Shown here: positions 26,216-35,683 of the stretch, in pieces | Layout: the number at the start of each line of letters is the position of its first letter | Position numbering within the stretch: position 1 is the stretch's first letter | Assembly (NCBI GenBank): GCA_903885605.1 | Contig: CAISJD010000006.1 | Coordinates: 3,625-67,624, forward strand | Direction of reading: 5' to 3' | DNA from: an uncultured Chthonomonas sp. | GTDB taxonomy: Bacteria; Armatimonadota; Chthonomonadetes; Chthonomonadales; CAJBBX01 | DNA: 64,000 nucleotides | The notes under the pieces: generated by a model | What the model saw: only the letters and a program-made list of their open reading frames with translations | What the model was told of the DNA's origin: nothing | The model's database searches: none | Position numbers and translations under genes: made by a program

Positions 26216-27469
26216 CTATACCAGAGCCTGCGCCAGCGGCCGATCGACCGCCTCCTCATCGTAGAACCGGTAGGGGGCGCTGCCGGCGTCGGCCAGGCGT
26301 GCGGCATACTTGCTCTGCCAGTAGGCGTCGAAGTCGGCGTCCTCCCAGACGGGCACCCACCAGTCCTGGTTGTCGATATACCATTGCACCAGTCCGCCGA
26401 TCTCCAGGTCGAGGCCGGTGTGTCGCGGCTCCCAGCCCAGCTCTGTGCGGGCCGCCGTGCAGTCAGCGCCGTAGCAGAGGTCGTGACCGGCGCGGGCCGC
26501 AGGGAAGGAGGCCTCGGCCAGCGAGGCGAAGGGCGTGCCGGCCCGAGCGGAGACCTCGCGGAAGACCGCCTGCAGGAGGTCACGGTTCAAGCATCGGACG
26601 CCGCTGCCGAAGTTAACCGTGGCGCCGGCCTCGGCCGACTGGAGCGCCCGCAGGATGCCGTACGCGTGGTCCTCTGTGTGAAGCCACTCGCGAACCGCCA
26701 GGCCGTCGTCGTAGATAGGCACACGCCGCCGTCCGGCCTTGCCCACGTCCGGCCTGAGCAAGGTGCAGATGGCAAGCGGCAGGAGCTTCTCGGGATGCTG
26801 GAAGGGGCCGTAGTTGTTGGTGCCGCGGGTCACCACACAGGGCATGGGCGTGCCGTCGCGCCGCCGGTAGCTGTTGACGAACGCGTGGACGAGCAGGTCG
26901 GCCCCCGCCTTGGTGGCGGCGTAGGGTGAGCCGGGGCGCAACGGAGCGCCCTCACGGAAAAGGTGCTCGCGCACGACCGTGCGCAGCTCGGACTGCTTAC
27001 GGGCAAGGGCGTACCAGCGCTCTCCCTCATAGCCCGCGTTGCGGTCTATGCTGCCGTAGACCTCGTCGGTGCCCACGGCCACGAACTTCGTCACGGCGGG
27101 CGTGGCGCGAACGGCCTCCAGCAGGTTCAGCGTGCCCTGCATCTCGGTGCGCAGGAAGTCCGGCGCGGCGCCCAGCGACCGGTCCACATGCGACTCGGCG
27201 GCCAGGTTCACCAGCCAGGTGACGGCGTAGGCCTCCAGCAGGCCCTGCACCGCCAGGTCGCAGATATCGCCCTGCACGAAGGTGACGCGCCCGGCATCCT
27301 CGGCTCGCTCGGGAGCCCGCGTGATGTTGTCGCGCCGGCCCGCATAGGTGAGCTTGTCCAGCACGATGATCCGGCGGTCGGTCTCCCGAAGGAGCACACG
27401 CAGAACCATGGGGCCGATGAACCCGGCCGCTCCAGCCACCAAGATGGCGCCCGCTCTATCTTCAGCCAT
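26216..27469 (-). CDS. dTDP-glucose 4,6-dehydratase-like extended SDR with insertions and a C-terminal extension
   Basis: [22 protein letters not shown] (YxxxK) and [14 protein letters not shown] motifs. At 417 aa it is about 70-80 aa longer than typical RfbB. AGGGAG SD. Confidence 0.7.
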   Translation of the reverse strand: MAEDRAGAILVAGAAGFIGPMVLRVLLRETDRRIIVLDKLTYAGRRDNITRAPERAEDAGRVTFVQGDICDLAVQGLLEAYAVTWLVNLAAESHVDRSLGAAPDFLRTEMQGTLNLLEAVRATPAVTKFVAVGTDEVYGSIDRNAGYEGERWYALARKQSELRTVVREHLFREGAPLRPGSPYAATKAGADLLVHAFVNSYRRRDGTPMPCVVTRGTNNYGPFQHPEKLLPLAICTLLRPDVGKAGRRRVPIYDDGLAVREWLHTEDHAYGILRALQSAEAGATVNFGSGVRCLNRDLLQAVFREVSARAGTPFASLAEASFPAARAGHDLCYGADCTAARTELGWEPRHTGLDLEIGGLVQWYIDNQDWWVPVWEDADFDAYWQSKYAARLADAGSAPYRFYDEEAVDRPLAQALV

Positions 27470-27506
27470 TCCCGCGCTCCCTGTGGGTCATTGGATCGTA
27501 CCGTGC

Positions 27507-27515
27507 GTTATACCA
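27507..27515 (-). promoter_or_regulatory. Extended -10 candidate TGGTATAAC for the dehydratase operon
   Basis: The reverse complement of 27507-27515 is tggtataac, about 38 nt upstream of ATG 27469. Confidence 0.35.
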
Positions 27516-27592
27516 CGGGTGCAGGCGCGGCCCCGCCGAGGGTACAACAGACCGGCCCGCGCACGCGGCGCGGCGAGGAACAGGAGGGACCG

Positions 27593-28513
27593 ATGAAACT
27601 AGGACTGGCATCCGCCATCTTGCCCGATATGACGCTGGAGGAGCTGTTCCGGTTTGCGGCGAACGAGGGACTGGACTGCCTTGAACTGATGTGCTGGCCG
27701 GCCGGCAAGGCCGAGCGTCGCTACGCGGGCGTGACACACATCGATGTGGCGGACCTGACCTTGCAGAAGGTCCATGAGGTCAACGACCTGCGCCGGAGCT
27801 ACGGCGTGGAGATCAGCGCGCTCGGCTACTACCCGAACGTGCTCTCCCCCGATGAGGACGAGGCGAGGCGGTCGGCGACCCACCTGGCCCGCGTCATCGA
27901 GGCGGCCGAGGCGCTGGAGGTCCCCTGCGTCACGACTTTCGTCGGTCGCGACCAGCACAAGACGATCGACGAGAACTGGCCCGCCTTCGAGCGCGTATGG
28001 GGAGCCCTGCTCGCGCGAGCCGAGGCTGCCTGGGTCAAGATCGGCATCGAAAACTGCCCCATGCTCTTCACGGCGGACGAGTGGCCGGGCGGCAAGAACC
28101 TGGCCACGTCGCCGGCCATCTGGCGCCGGATGTTCTCCACCTTCCCCACGGCGAGGTTCGGACTGAACTTCGACCCGTCGCACTTCGTCTGGCAGGGCAT
28201 GGACGCCTGCGCGGCCATCCGCGAGTTCGCCCCGCGCCTCCACCACATCCACGCAAAAGACGCGCGCATCGACCGGGGCGGGATGGCCGAGCACGGGGTC
28301 CTGGGTTTCCCGAACCGGTACCACACGCCCAAGCTGCCGGGCATGGGCGACGTGGCGTGGGGCCCGTTCTTCGGCGCCCTCACGGACGCGGGCTACAACG
28401 GCGCCGTCTGCATCGAGGTCGAGGATCGGGCCTACGAGGCGAGCCTTGCCGACCGCAAGCGCGCGGTGCGGCAGTCGATCTGGTTCCTGAGGCAGTACAT
28501 CCCGCACAGCTAA
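27593..28513 (+). CDS. Sugar phosphate isomerase/epimerase (xylose isomerase-like TIM barrel), cytoplasmic
   Basis: CAGGAGGGA SD. 306 aa from [13 protein letters not shown] with no signal peptide. Family pattern (IENCP, DPSH, HIHAKD, IEVED). Confidence 0.75.
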   Translation: MKLGLASAILPDMTLEELFRFAANEGLDCLELMCWPAGKAERRYAGVTHIDVADLTLQKVHEVNDLRRSYGVEISALGYYPNVLSPDEDEARRSATHLARVIEAAEALEVPCVTTFVGRDQHKTIDENWPAFERVWGALLARAEAAWVKIGIENCPMLFTADEWPGGKNLATSPAIWRRMFSTFPTARFGLNFDPSHFVWQGMDACAAIREFAPRLHHIHAKDARIDRGGMAEHGVLGFPNRYHTPKLPGMGDVAWGPFFGALTDAGYNGAVCIEVEDRAYEASLADRKRAVRQSIWFLRQYIPHS

Positions 28514-28531
28514 GGTCACCGTGATGGAACA

Positions 28532-28564
28532 GCGGGCGGCATACCCGATAGGACGGCCGCCCGC
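28532..28564. terminator. 9-bp GC hairpin between convergent genes
   Basis: gcgggcggc (28532-28540), 15-nt loop, gccgcccgc (28556-28564). Confidence 0.4.
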
Positions 28565-28572
28565 CGCGTTTC

Positions 28573-31356
28573 CTACGGCTTGTGGGCGCCCACCCGCAGG
28601 CTGAGGTTGCTGAACCGGGCTTTGAGGTGCTCGTCCCCGACATACTTCGGGTTCGATCCGAGGGCGGCCTCCGTGCTGCTGGTGTAGAGCTGGCCCGGCA
28701 CGGTGACCGTCTCGCCGGGAGCCCCGTCCACGTAGAGCGTCAGGCGGGGACCGTCTTTGACGACGGTCAGCGTCATCCACTTCCCCACCGTCACCGGCAC
28801 GCCCGCCGTGGCGAAGCCGTTCCCCGACTCGATGCGTGCCGCCACCTTGCCGTCGCTGATGCAGATGCGGATCGGATCGTCCATAGGCAATGCCCAGGCG
28901 CTGAAGACCTGGCCGATGCGCCCCTCCGGGAGGGCGTCGACGCAGACATCGACCGACAGCGTGAAGCTCTCACCAGGGAACTCCTCGAAACGGTAGGCCA
29001 CCTTGCCGTCGACGCCATTGGTCTGCACCGCCTCACGGAACCGGCCCTGCCGACCGCGCGCCGCCTCTGTGCCCGGAGCGCCGGCCGGCTGCCCCGCCTC
29101 GGGCTTCGGCTCGCCCGCCAGAGGATCGAAGATCACGTAGCCTTCGGCCTCGCGCGGCGTGAGCGCCACGGTACGGGCCGGCTCGAGCTTCAGAGACGGA
29201 TCGATCTTGAACCATCGGTCGGGACCCAGGCTCCAGGTGGCGCCGTGTTCGTCTGCGGCCTCAATCCCCCAGAAGAGCGGCCTCCCCACGGGCAGGCCCG
29301 AGGTCTCCATCTCGCTGAACGTCACGCTGTTGGGCGCCTCAGCCGACTTGGCGATCAGTGGCACGCCTCGGGGCTGCGCCGACACGACCACCCGCAGGCT
29401 CTTCGGCCGCTCGGGCTGCGTGACGGCCCACCGGAAGGTGATAGCCCCGGCGGGAACGGCGGAAGCGTCCAGAGGCTTCTCGGGGATACAGGGCGACGGG
29501 GCCGCGTTGGAGGCCCGCAGCCAGGTCCGGTAGCGGGCGCCGGTCTGCCCCGCCGTGGCGAAGTCGCAGAGGCGGATGCGCTTGCCGCCCTCGCCGCGCA
29601 CGTCGACGACCAACCAGGGGGCCGGCGAGACCGGCGGCGCTACCTTCTCGTCGGGAGCAGCGACCAGGAATGCCCTCAGCGCGTCCGCAGGGATGGCGGG
29701 CAGGTCAGCCTCATCCATCGCGTTGAAGCGCTGGTCATAGGCGAGCAGCAGGGGTCCGCGGAACAGGGAGACGCAACCGGCCTCGGAACGGCCGCCCGGC
29801 ACACAGCGCAGGCCCATGTCGAGCTGCAGCATGATCTTGTCGCCGTCGCGCCATACGCGGTCCAGCACCGCATACGAACCCGCCGACACCCCCTTCACTG
29901 CCTTCCCGTTCACAGCCACAGCCGCCGTTCGAGCCCAACCGGGGATACGCACCCTCAGGACCGCACGCCGTGGCGCCTCCAGCCTGGCCTCCATCTCGAC
30001 GAGGCCGTCCGCCGGGTAGCGCGTGCGGGTGCGGATGCCGATGGCGCTGCCGTCCGGCAGGTGCGCCGACACCTTCCCTGCGCCGAGCCAGTTGATCGTG
30101 AGGCCCTTGCCGTCCTCGATGCAGGCCCACTCGGCGAGGAGGCTGAACCCCCGTGGCCCGTTCACCGAGCAGCAGTTCAGCTCGGGGGTGCCGGCTTTGG
30201 CCTGAAAGACGATGGTGTGGGCCGAGGCCTCGCGGACGCCGTCCATGGGCGTATTGTAGGTGAACCATCGGCCCGACGGGTGCTGCGAGCCGGGCACCGC
30301 GTTCAGCGTGGCAAGTTCCAGCACATCGGCGACGGCCGGATCGCCCGTAGCCCGCAGCACATCCACGGAGTAGGCCACCCAGGCGGTGGTGCAGCAGGTC
30401 TCGATGGCGCCGGGCGCCCACGGATCGCCTGTGGCCTGCTCGCCGGCTGAGAACGAGCCGGAGTTGTGGATATCGCGCCGGGCGATGGAGCGCCAGTGGT
30501 GCATGGCCGACCGCAGGTACTTGCCGTCGCCGGTGATGGCGTGGAGGTCCAGCAGCGCCTGCAGGTCAGGCAGGCTCTCCCAGCGCGGCCGCGGCGTACG
30601 CCAGAACTCGACGCCGGCGGCGCCCGTGCGCAGGTAGTCGCCGGCCCGCTCCCAGTCCTTCTCGATCTCCTTGGCCATCGTGAGGTAGCGGGGCCACTTG
30701 GTGACGCGATAGAGCTGGGTGAACGCATGGATGACGGCCATGTTCATCTCGTGGCTACCGGCGTCGAAGACGCGCAGGTCCCCGCCGAGGTACGTGGCGC
30801 AGATCAGGTCGGCGGCCCGCCGACAGCAGGCCAGCGCGGCGGCATCTCCGGTGCGCTCGTGCCACATCAGCAGGGCCATCATGCAGTGGTAGTGCCCCCA
30901 GAGGTCCCAGTTGGCCTTCAGGCGCTGTGCCTTGGGGAAGGGGCCCAGGTAGCCATCGGACGCCTGCGAAGCGATGAGCGACTTCACGGTGGCGCGGACC
31001 GTCCGCGTTAGCCGCTTGTCGTCCACGAGGCTCAGGGTCTGGATGGCCGACATCAGGTACTTGCCGACGAACTCACCGGCCCACGGCATGATCTCCGGGG
31101 CAGGCCGGCGGTCTCGCATCGTCATCATCGCGAGCATTCCCGGGTTGGCATCCGGAGCCGTGAGGAGCCACTGCTCCACGCCGGCCTTGATGCGGTCGCC
31201 TACCGGTCCCTCGAGCCGCAGCTCAACGCCCTTCGCACGCTTCATTGTCGGCTTGCCTCCCCTATCCTCCGTCGCCGCCTGCGCGCCGGTACCGACGAGC
31301 AGCAGCGCGGCGATCCAGACGCCGCATCTCCGAGCCGAACACGCCCGGTTGACCAT
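28573..31356 (-). CDS. GH127 (DUF1680, beta-L-arabinofuranosidase-like) fused to a C-terminal LamG/ConA-like domain, secreted
   Basis: Start at ATG 31356 (MVNRACSARRCGVWIAALLLVGTGAQA signal). E-T-C (AIETCCTTAW) and C-C (ELNCCSVNGPRG) motifs match the Glu/Cys Zn and nucleophile-Cys arrangement recalled for GH127. The C-terminal ~200 aa (...LTLYVDG...) is lectin-like. Confidence 0.7.
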   Translation of the reverse strand: MVNRACSARRCGVWIAALLLVGTGAQAATEDRGGKPTMKRAKGVELRLEGPVGDRIKAGVEQWLLTAPDANPGMLAMMTMRDRRPAPEIMPWAGEFVGKYLMSAIQTLSLVDDKRLTRTVRATVKSLIASQASDGYLGPFPKAQRLKANWDLWGHYHCMMALLMWHERTGDAAALACCRRAADLICATYLGGDLRVFDAGSHEMNMAVIHAFTQLYRVTKWPRYLTMAKEIEKDWERAGDYLRTGAAGVEFWRTPRPRWESLPDLQALLDLHAITGDGKYLRSAMHHWRSIARRDIHNSGSFSAGEQATGDPWAPGAIETCCTTAWVAYSVDVLRATGDPAVADVLELATLNAVPGSQHPSGRWFTYNTPMDGVREASAHTIVFQAKAGTPELNCCSVNGPRGFSLLAEWACIEDGKGLTINWLGAGKVSAHLPDGSAIGIRTRTRYPADGLVEMEARLEAPRRAVLRVRIPGWARTAAVAVNGKAVKGVSAGSYAVLDRVWRDGDKIMLQLDMGLRCVPGGRSEAGCVSLFRGPLLLAYDQRFNAMDEADLPAIPADALRAFLVAAPDEKVAPPVSPAPWLVVDVRGEGGKRIRLCDFATAGQTGARYRTWLRASNAAPSPCIPEKPLDASAVPAGAITFRWAVTQPERPKSLRVVVSAQPRGVPLIAKSAEAPNSVTFSEMETSGLPVGRPLFWGIEAADEHGATWSLGPDRWFKIDPSLKLEPARTVALTPREAEGYVIFDPLAGEPKPEAGQPAGAPGTEAARGRQGRFREAVQTNGVDGKVAYRFEEFPGESFTLSVDVCVDALPEGRIGQVFSAWALPMDDPIRICISDGKVAARIESGNGFATAGVPVTVGKWMTLTVVKDGPRLTLYVDGAPGETVTVPGQLYTSSTEAALGSNPKYVGDEHLKARFSNLSLRVGAHKP

Positions 31357-31465
31357 GTCCACACCCCCGTGGTCGGACGCCGTGCATGGCGCCCACCGCC
31401 GGTACCATTCGCGGCCGGCGCGGGCCGTTCCTGCCCATTCGTGACCTCCCCCGGCGGTTTGGCAG

Positions 31466-31471
31466 TAGAAT
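31466..31471 (+). promoter_or_regulatory. -10 box (G)TAGAAT for the MFS transporter gene
   Basis: caGTAGAATgatgcgTTG has 6 nt between the box and TTG 31478. The first in-frame ATG is at 31505 and has no SD. Confidence 0.4.
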
Positions 31472-31504
31472 GATGCGTTGCCGACACGTCGGCCCGACCA
31501 CGCC

Positions 31505-32779
31505 ATGCCCCAATCCGAAAGCCCGACCGATAGCCAGACCGCGCCGACCGGCCCATTCGCGGCCTTGCGTTGCGGCAACTTCCGCCTCTTCTTCGCCGGG
31601 CAACTGGTCTCCGTAGCCGGCTCCTGGATGCAGACCGTGGCGCAGCAGTGGCTGGTCTACAGCCTCACGCACTCTCCCAAGTGGCTGGGCATCGTGGCCG
31701 GCGCCGGCGCCATCCCCTACGTGCTGTTCGCGGTCTGGGGCGGGCAGGTGGCGGATGATCGCCCTCGCCGCAACGTGCTGATCGTCACTCAGGTGGCCGC
31801 CATGCTGCTCGCACTGGCCCTCTTCGTGGTGGCGGACGGACGCTGGGTGAGCCCGCAGGCGTGGCACGTGGCGGTCATCGCGGCCATCGGGGGCGCGATC
31901 AACGCGTTCACGATGCCCGCGCAGCACGCGTTGGTGACGGAGCTGATCGACGACCCCAAGCTGATCGGCAACGCCATCGCGCTGAACTCCCTTCGGTTCA
32001 ACATGGCGCGGTTCGTGGGTCCGATCCTGGCAGGCTGGGTCCTCAGCCGCTACGGCCTGCCCTTCTGCTTCCTGGCCAACGCCGCGAGCTTCCTGGCTGT
32101 GATCGCGTCTCTCGCCGCCATGCGGCTGCCGGCGGCGCAACCCCGGGGCCACCACAGCGCACCGTGGGGCGGCTTCCTCTTCATTGCCCGGACCCCCTCC
32201 ATCCTGCGCGTAGTGACCCTCGTGTCGTTGGGCAGCCTCTTCGCCTGGTCCACCACCACGCTCTATCCGGTGCTCGCTGCCCAGTTCCATCGCGGCGCCG
32301 GAGGCTTCAGCGCCATCATGGCGGCCCACGGCGCCGGGGCCGCGGCGGGTGGGCTCCTGGTCGCCTGGTACGGGAGCCGGTTCGAGCGGGCGCACCTGAC
32401 CTACGGCGGAGCGGCGCTCTTCGGGGTGGCGCTGCTCGCGCTCACGGCGATGCGCTCCTTCGGCGCACTGCTGGCCGTTCTGGTCGTGGCGGGCTTCGCC
32501 ATGATCATGTTCGGCATCAACGCGCAGACCAAGGTGCAGCAAGACGCCCCGGACCGCCTCCGCGGACGCGTCATGGCGGTCTACTCGCTGATGTTCAACG
32601 CCATGATGCCCCTGGGCGGCCTCCAGATCGGCTTCCTGGCGGAGCACGTAGGGGCAACGCAGGCCATCCGCCTGAATGCCGCCGTGCTGCTGGTGGCGGC
32701 CGCGGCGATCATCGCGTGGCACCGGGCAGACCGCGGCACAGGCAGGACCGCTCCGCCGGTTAGCCCCGCTTCGGCTTGA
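31505..32779 (+). CDS. MFS transporter
   Basis: About 12 hydrophobic segments. N-terminal FRLFFAGQLVS..GSWMQ pattern typical of the MFS_3/EntS-like group. The alternative leaderless start is TTG 31478. Confidence 0.8.
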   Translation: MPQSESPTDSQTAPTGPFAALRCGNFRLFFAGQLVSVAGSWMQTVAQQWLVYSLTHSPKWLGIVAGAGAIPYVLFAVWGGQVADDRPRRNVLIVTQVAAMLLALALFVVADGRWVSPQAWHVAVIAAIGGAINAFTMPAQHALVTELIDDPKLIGNAIALNSLRFNMARFVGPILAGWVLSRYGLPFCFLANAASFLAVIASLAAMRLPAAQPRGHHSAPWGGFLFIARTPSILRVVTLVSLGSLFAWSTTTLYPVLAAQFHRGAGGFSAIMAAHGAGAAAGGLLVAWYGSRFERAHLTYGGAALFGVALLALTAMRSFGALLAVLVVAGFAMIMFGINAQTKVQQDAPDRLRGRVMAVYSLMFNAMMPLGGLQIGFLAEHVGATQAIRLNAAVLLVAAAAIIAWHRADRGTGRTAPPVSPASA

Positions 32780-33923
32780 GGGCCTCCATCACCCGGTCGG
32801 TCACGCCGCACCGGAGGGGGACGACGCGCTCCGGCGGCTTCGGCGAGTCCGAGGTGACGAAGAGGAGCGAGCAGCCCGTATCCGGGTCGCCGACGCCGAT
32901 CACGGTGTCGATGCCCGCGTGGCCGAAGACAGCCGGCCCGGTCTGATTCGCGAAGCCGAACCAGCCGGACGAGGGCTCCGCTCGACCGGGCCCTCGCAGG
33001 AGCGGACCGAGGCCCCACGGCTCGAAGCTGGGGTCCTTCCCCGACGCCCGGGCAGCGGCGATCTCGGCGCCATACTGAACCCTGTGCATCTCGGCCCACA
33101 CCTCGGGCTTGAGCAGCGCGCGGCCGTTCCAGACGCCCTTCTGCGTGTGGAGCTGCACCACCTTGAGCGCATCGCGCAGCGTACCGTAGCCGCCTCCGGC
33201 CGGATGCCCGGAGAGGCCGAAGGCCGAGGCGTACGTGGTGGGCCGTGCCTTGGGCCGCGGAACGATCGCCGTGGCGGAGGCGTCGTCGGGCGTGGCGAAG
33301 GAGAGCGACCGCACGCCCAGCGGCCCGAAGAGGCGCTTGCGGCAGATCGCCTCCCACGTGGCGCCGCCGGAGGCCCGACGCACGCACTCGGCGGCGGTGA
33401 AGAGGCCGGTCAGGGCGTGGTAGGCGCTTCGCGACCCCGGCGCCCACTCCAGAGGCGCGGCGCAGACGGCCCGGACCGCCGCCGCCCACTCCTCCTCGTT
33501 CCGCACCGCGGTCAGAGGCACGCCGGGGATGCCCGCGGAGTGGGTCAGCAGGTGCCGGATCGTCACAGCGCCCTTGCCCTGTGCGGCGAACTCAGGCACG
33601 TACCGGCTCACCGGCGCGGCGTAGTCCACCAAGCCGTCTTGCGCCGCCATGGCTACCACTGTGGAACTGACCAGCTTGCAGAACGAGTAGAGCGGGTGGC
33701 GGACGCCTGCGGCCATGGCCGGGTCGCCGTGGAGCCCCAGATAGACGCCCCAGTACCGCTCGAAGCGGACACGCCCGTCACGCATGGCGATGACGCCGGC
33801 GCCGGGGTAGTCGCCCGCATCTAGGCCGTCCTGGATCAGCTTCACCACTGGCGCCCAGGCGTCCTCATGCTCAGGCAGTACGGCGATAGCCGCGGCGCCG
33901 GCCAGCAGTTCACGTCGGGTCAT
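32760..33923 (-). CDS. Serine hydrolase (class C beta-lactamase / PBP-like family), Tat signal
   Basis: GAGGAGG SD. Tat signal MTRRELLAGAAAIAV. SxxK motif SFCK and an HAG element (FGHAGID). The 3' end overlaps the convergent MFS gene by 20 nt. Confidence 0.75.
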   Translation of the reverse strand: MTRRELLAGAAAIAVLPEHEDAWAPVVKLIQDGLDAGDYPGAGVIAMRDGRVRFERYWGVYLGLHGDPAMAAGVRHPLYSFCKLVSSTVVAMAAQDGLVDYAAPVSRYVPEFAAQGKGAVTIRHLLTHSAGIPGVPLTAVRNEEEWAAAVRAVCAAPLEWAPGSRSAYHALTGLFTAAECVRRASGGATWEAICRKRLFGPLGVRSLSFATPDDASATAIVPRPKARPTTYASAFGLSGHPAGGGYGTLRDALKVVQLHTQKGVWNGRALLKPEVWAEMHRVQYGAEIAAARASGKDPSFEPWGLGPLLRGPGRAEPSSGWFGFANQTGPAVFGHAGIDTVIGVGDPDTGCSLLFVTSDSPKPPERVVPLRCGVTDRVMEALKPKRG

Positions 33924-34438
33924 GGAGCCTCCTCGGGCGACGGCAGCCAGCCGATGCGCCGCGCAACCAACTCGCACACCTGCTCCAGGTAGCGCAGATC
34001 CACACCGTCAAACGCCGCGGGCGCCTCGCTGTCGAGGTCCAGCACCGCACGGGTGCAGCCGTCGCGGTCGAGCAACGGAACCACGATCTCGGAGAGCGTG
34101 GCGCTGGAGCAGGCGATATGATGGGACGCCAGGCGCACGTCCGGCACCACCTGGGTGGCCCGAAGCCTGGCGGCCGCGCCGCAGACGCCGCGGTCGAATG
34201 GGATCGTGAGGCAGCCGTGCCCTCCCTGGTATGGCCCGACCTTCAGCAGGCCGGGCGCAACCACGCGGTAGAAGCCCACCCATGAGGCGTATGGGAGCGC
34301 CTCGCGGAGCTCGCATGCCACCGTGGCCATGACGGCCACCTCATCGGCCTCGCCGGCGGTCATCGCCTCGACGGCCCCGATCGCGTCAGTGTACGCCTGC
34401 TCCTTCTCGGCCGCGCATGGCACGGCGGGACCTGTCAC
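33920..34438 (-). CDS. msrC: GAF-domain protein, free methionine-(R)-sulfoxide reductase-like
   Basis: WVGFYRV...LKVGPYQGGHGCLTIPFDRGVCGAAA...VPDV...HIACSSATLSEIVVPL matches the fRMsr/YebR pattern. 4-nt overlaps on both sides. Confidence 0.7.
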   Translation of the reverse strand: MTGPAVPCAAEKEQAYTDAIGAVEAMTAGEADEVAVMATVACELREALPYASWVGFYRVVAPGLLKVGPYQGGHGCLTIPFDRGVCGAAARLRATQVVPDVRLASHHIACSSATLSEIVVPLLDRDGCTRAVLDLDSEAPAAFDGVDLRYLEQVCELVARRIGWLPSPEEAP

Positions 34439-35658
34439 CGGCGCACGTCCCGGGCGGCCCTGTACATGGCCACGACGGTCTCGGCGTCCACCTCTGCCAG
34501 CAGGTTGTGGACGTTGTTGAAGACGAAGCCGCCGTCGGTGCAGCAGTAGGGCACGATCTCCGCGATCTCGCCCAGCACGTCAGCGCGCGTCCCCTGCGCG
34601 AGCGTGTGCTGCGTGTCGACGCCACCGCCCCACATCGTCGCGCGGCCGCGGAGCTTGTCCTTCCACTCCCGGTATCCGTGCCCTCCGGCCGGCCACTGGA
34701 TCGGGTTGAGGATGTCGAAACCGCTCTCCACGATCATGTCGAGGATGTCGTAGATGGCGCCGCAGTTGTGCATGAAGGTCTTCACGTTGGGAAGGAGCGC
34801 GTGGACTTCGTCGTTCAGGCGGCGGTAGTAGGGCAGGAAGAGGTCGCGGTAGGTGGCCGGCGAGGCGATGAGCGTCTTCTGAGTGCCCCAGTCGTCGGCC
34901 GTGGTCATGACGATATCGACATACTCCGCCACCGCCGGCAGCACGGCGCGCACGTTGTAGATTGCGTTCTCGATCTGAATCTCGTGGTACTCGCGGACGT
35001 AGTCCGGCTCCAGCTTGCAGATCATCGGGAAGATGCCGATGCCGGAGTGGCCGCCGATACCCAGGCCCGAGCCGCACCAGTCGGTCATGAAGACGGCCCG
35101 GTCCGTGGACGAGCGCACGCGGCGCGCCATCCCGGCGACGGCCTTCACCTGCTCGTCGGTGACGCGGTAGCCGACCATGCGCCGGCGGTGCTCGGCCAGG
35201 TCCATGAGCGGCAGCGGCGCGTCGAGCCCCAGCAGCGGCTGGCCGCTGTGGTCGGAGTTGAAAACGAATGACGAGGGCGGCATGATGCTGGAGCCCCACT
35301 GGCGGATGACGCCGTCGGCCTCCACCACGAACGCGTCGGGGTTCAGCACCCTTGCCGGCAGCCGCCCGCCGAAATCGTAGTCGTGCCACTTCTCCGGCTC
35401 GTCATAGGCATCCGTCACGCCACCGTCGATGGTGACCACGTCGCAGCCCAGCGCATCGAGGACATCGAGGTCCGGGAGCGCGAGCATTTGGCCGGTGTCA
35501 TGCACGCGTGGACGGCGCGGCGGCAGGCCCAGGGCCTCCACCAGGCGCGGGTAGGCGAAGGCGCTGATGCCGGTGGAACGCATGGCGCCCAGGTCCAGCG
35601 GCGTCAGGGGCGTCTCGGTGAAGTTCAGGGCGGCCAGGACTCGGTCACGAGGGGTCAT
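34435..35658 (-). CDS. Uroporphyrinogen decarboxylase (URO-D) family protein, non-heme type
   Basis: 407 aa with a GGAGG SD 9 nt upstream. General URO-D/MtaA-like pattern (…FMHNCGAIYDILDMIVESGFDILNPIQ…). Confidence 0.6.
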   Translation of the reverse strand: MTPRDRVLAALNFTETPLTPLDLGAMRSTGISAFAYPRLVEALGLPPRRPRVHDTGQMLALPDLDVLDALGCDVVTIDGGVTDAYDEPEKWHDYDFGGRLPARVLNPDAFVVEADGVIRQWGSSIMPPSSFVFNSDHSGQPLLGLDAPLPLMDLAEHRRRMVGYRVTDEQVKAVAGMARRVRSSTDRAVFMTDWCGSGLGIGGHSGIGIFPMICKLEPDYVREYHEIQIENAIYNVRAVLPAVAEYVDIVMTTADDWGTQKTLIASPATYRDLFLPYYRRLNDEVHALLPNVKTFMHNCGAIYDILDMIVESGFDILNPIQWPAGGHGYREWKDKLRGRATMWGGGVDTQHTLAQGTRADVLGEIAEIVPYCCTDGGFVFNNVHNLLAEVDAETVVAMYRAARDVRR

Positions 35659-35683
35659 GCGGAAGGGCCTCCAGTGGCTGTGG

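Noticed and set aside
31473-31616. ATG 31473, directly after the TAGAAT box, opening the 76-aa frame listed as 31386..31616.
   Set aside because: It is out of frame with the MFS transporter. Its product is Arg/Pro-rich low-complexity sequence (MMRCRHVGPTTPCPNPKARP…) and it overlaps the well-supported MFS N-terminus.
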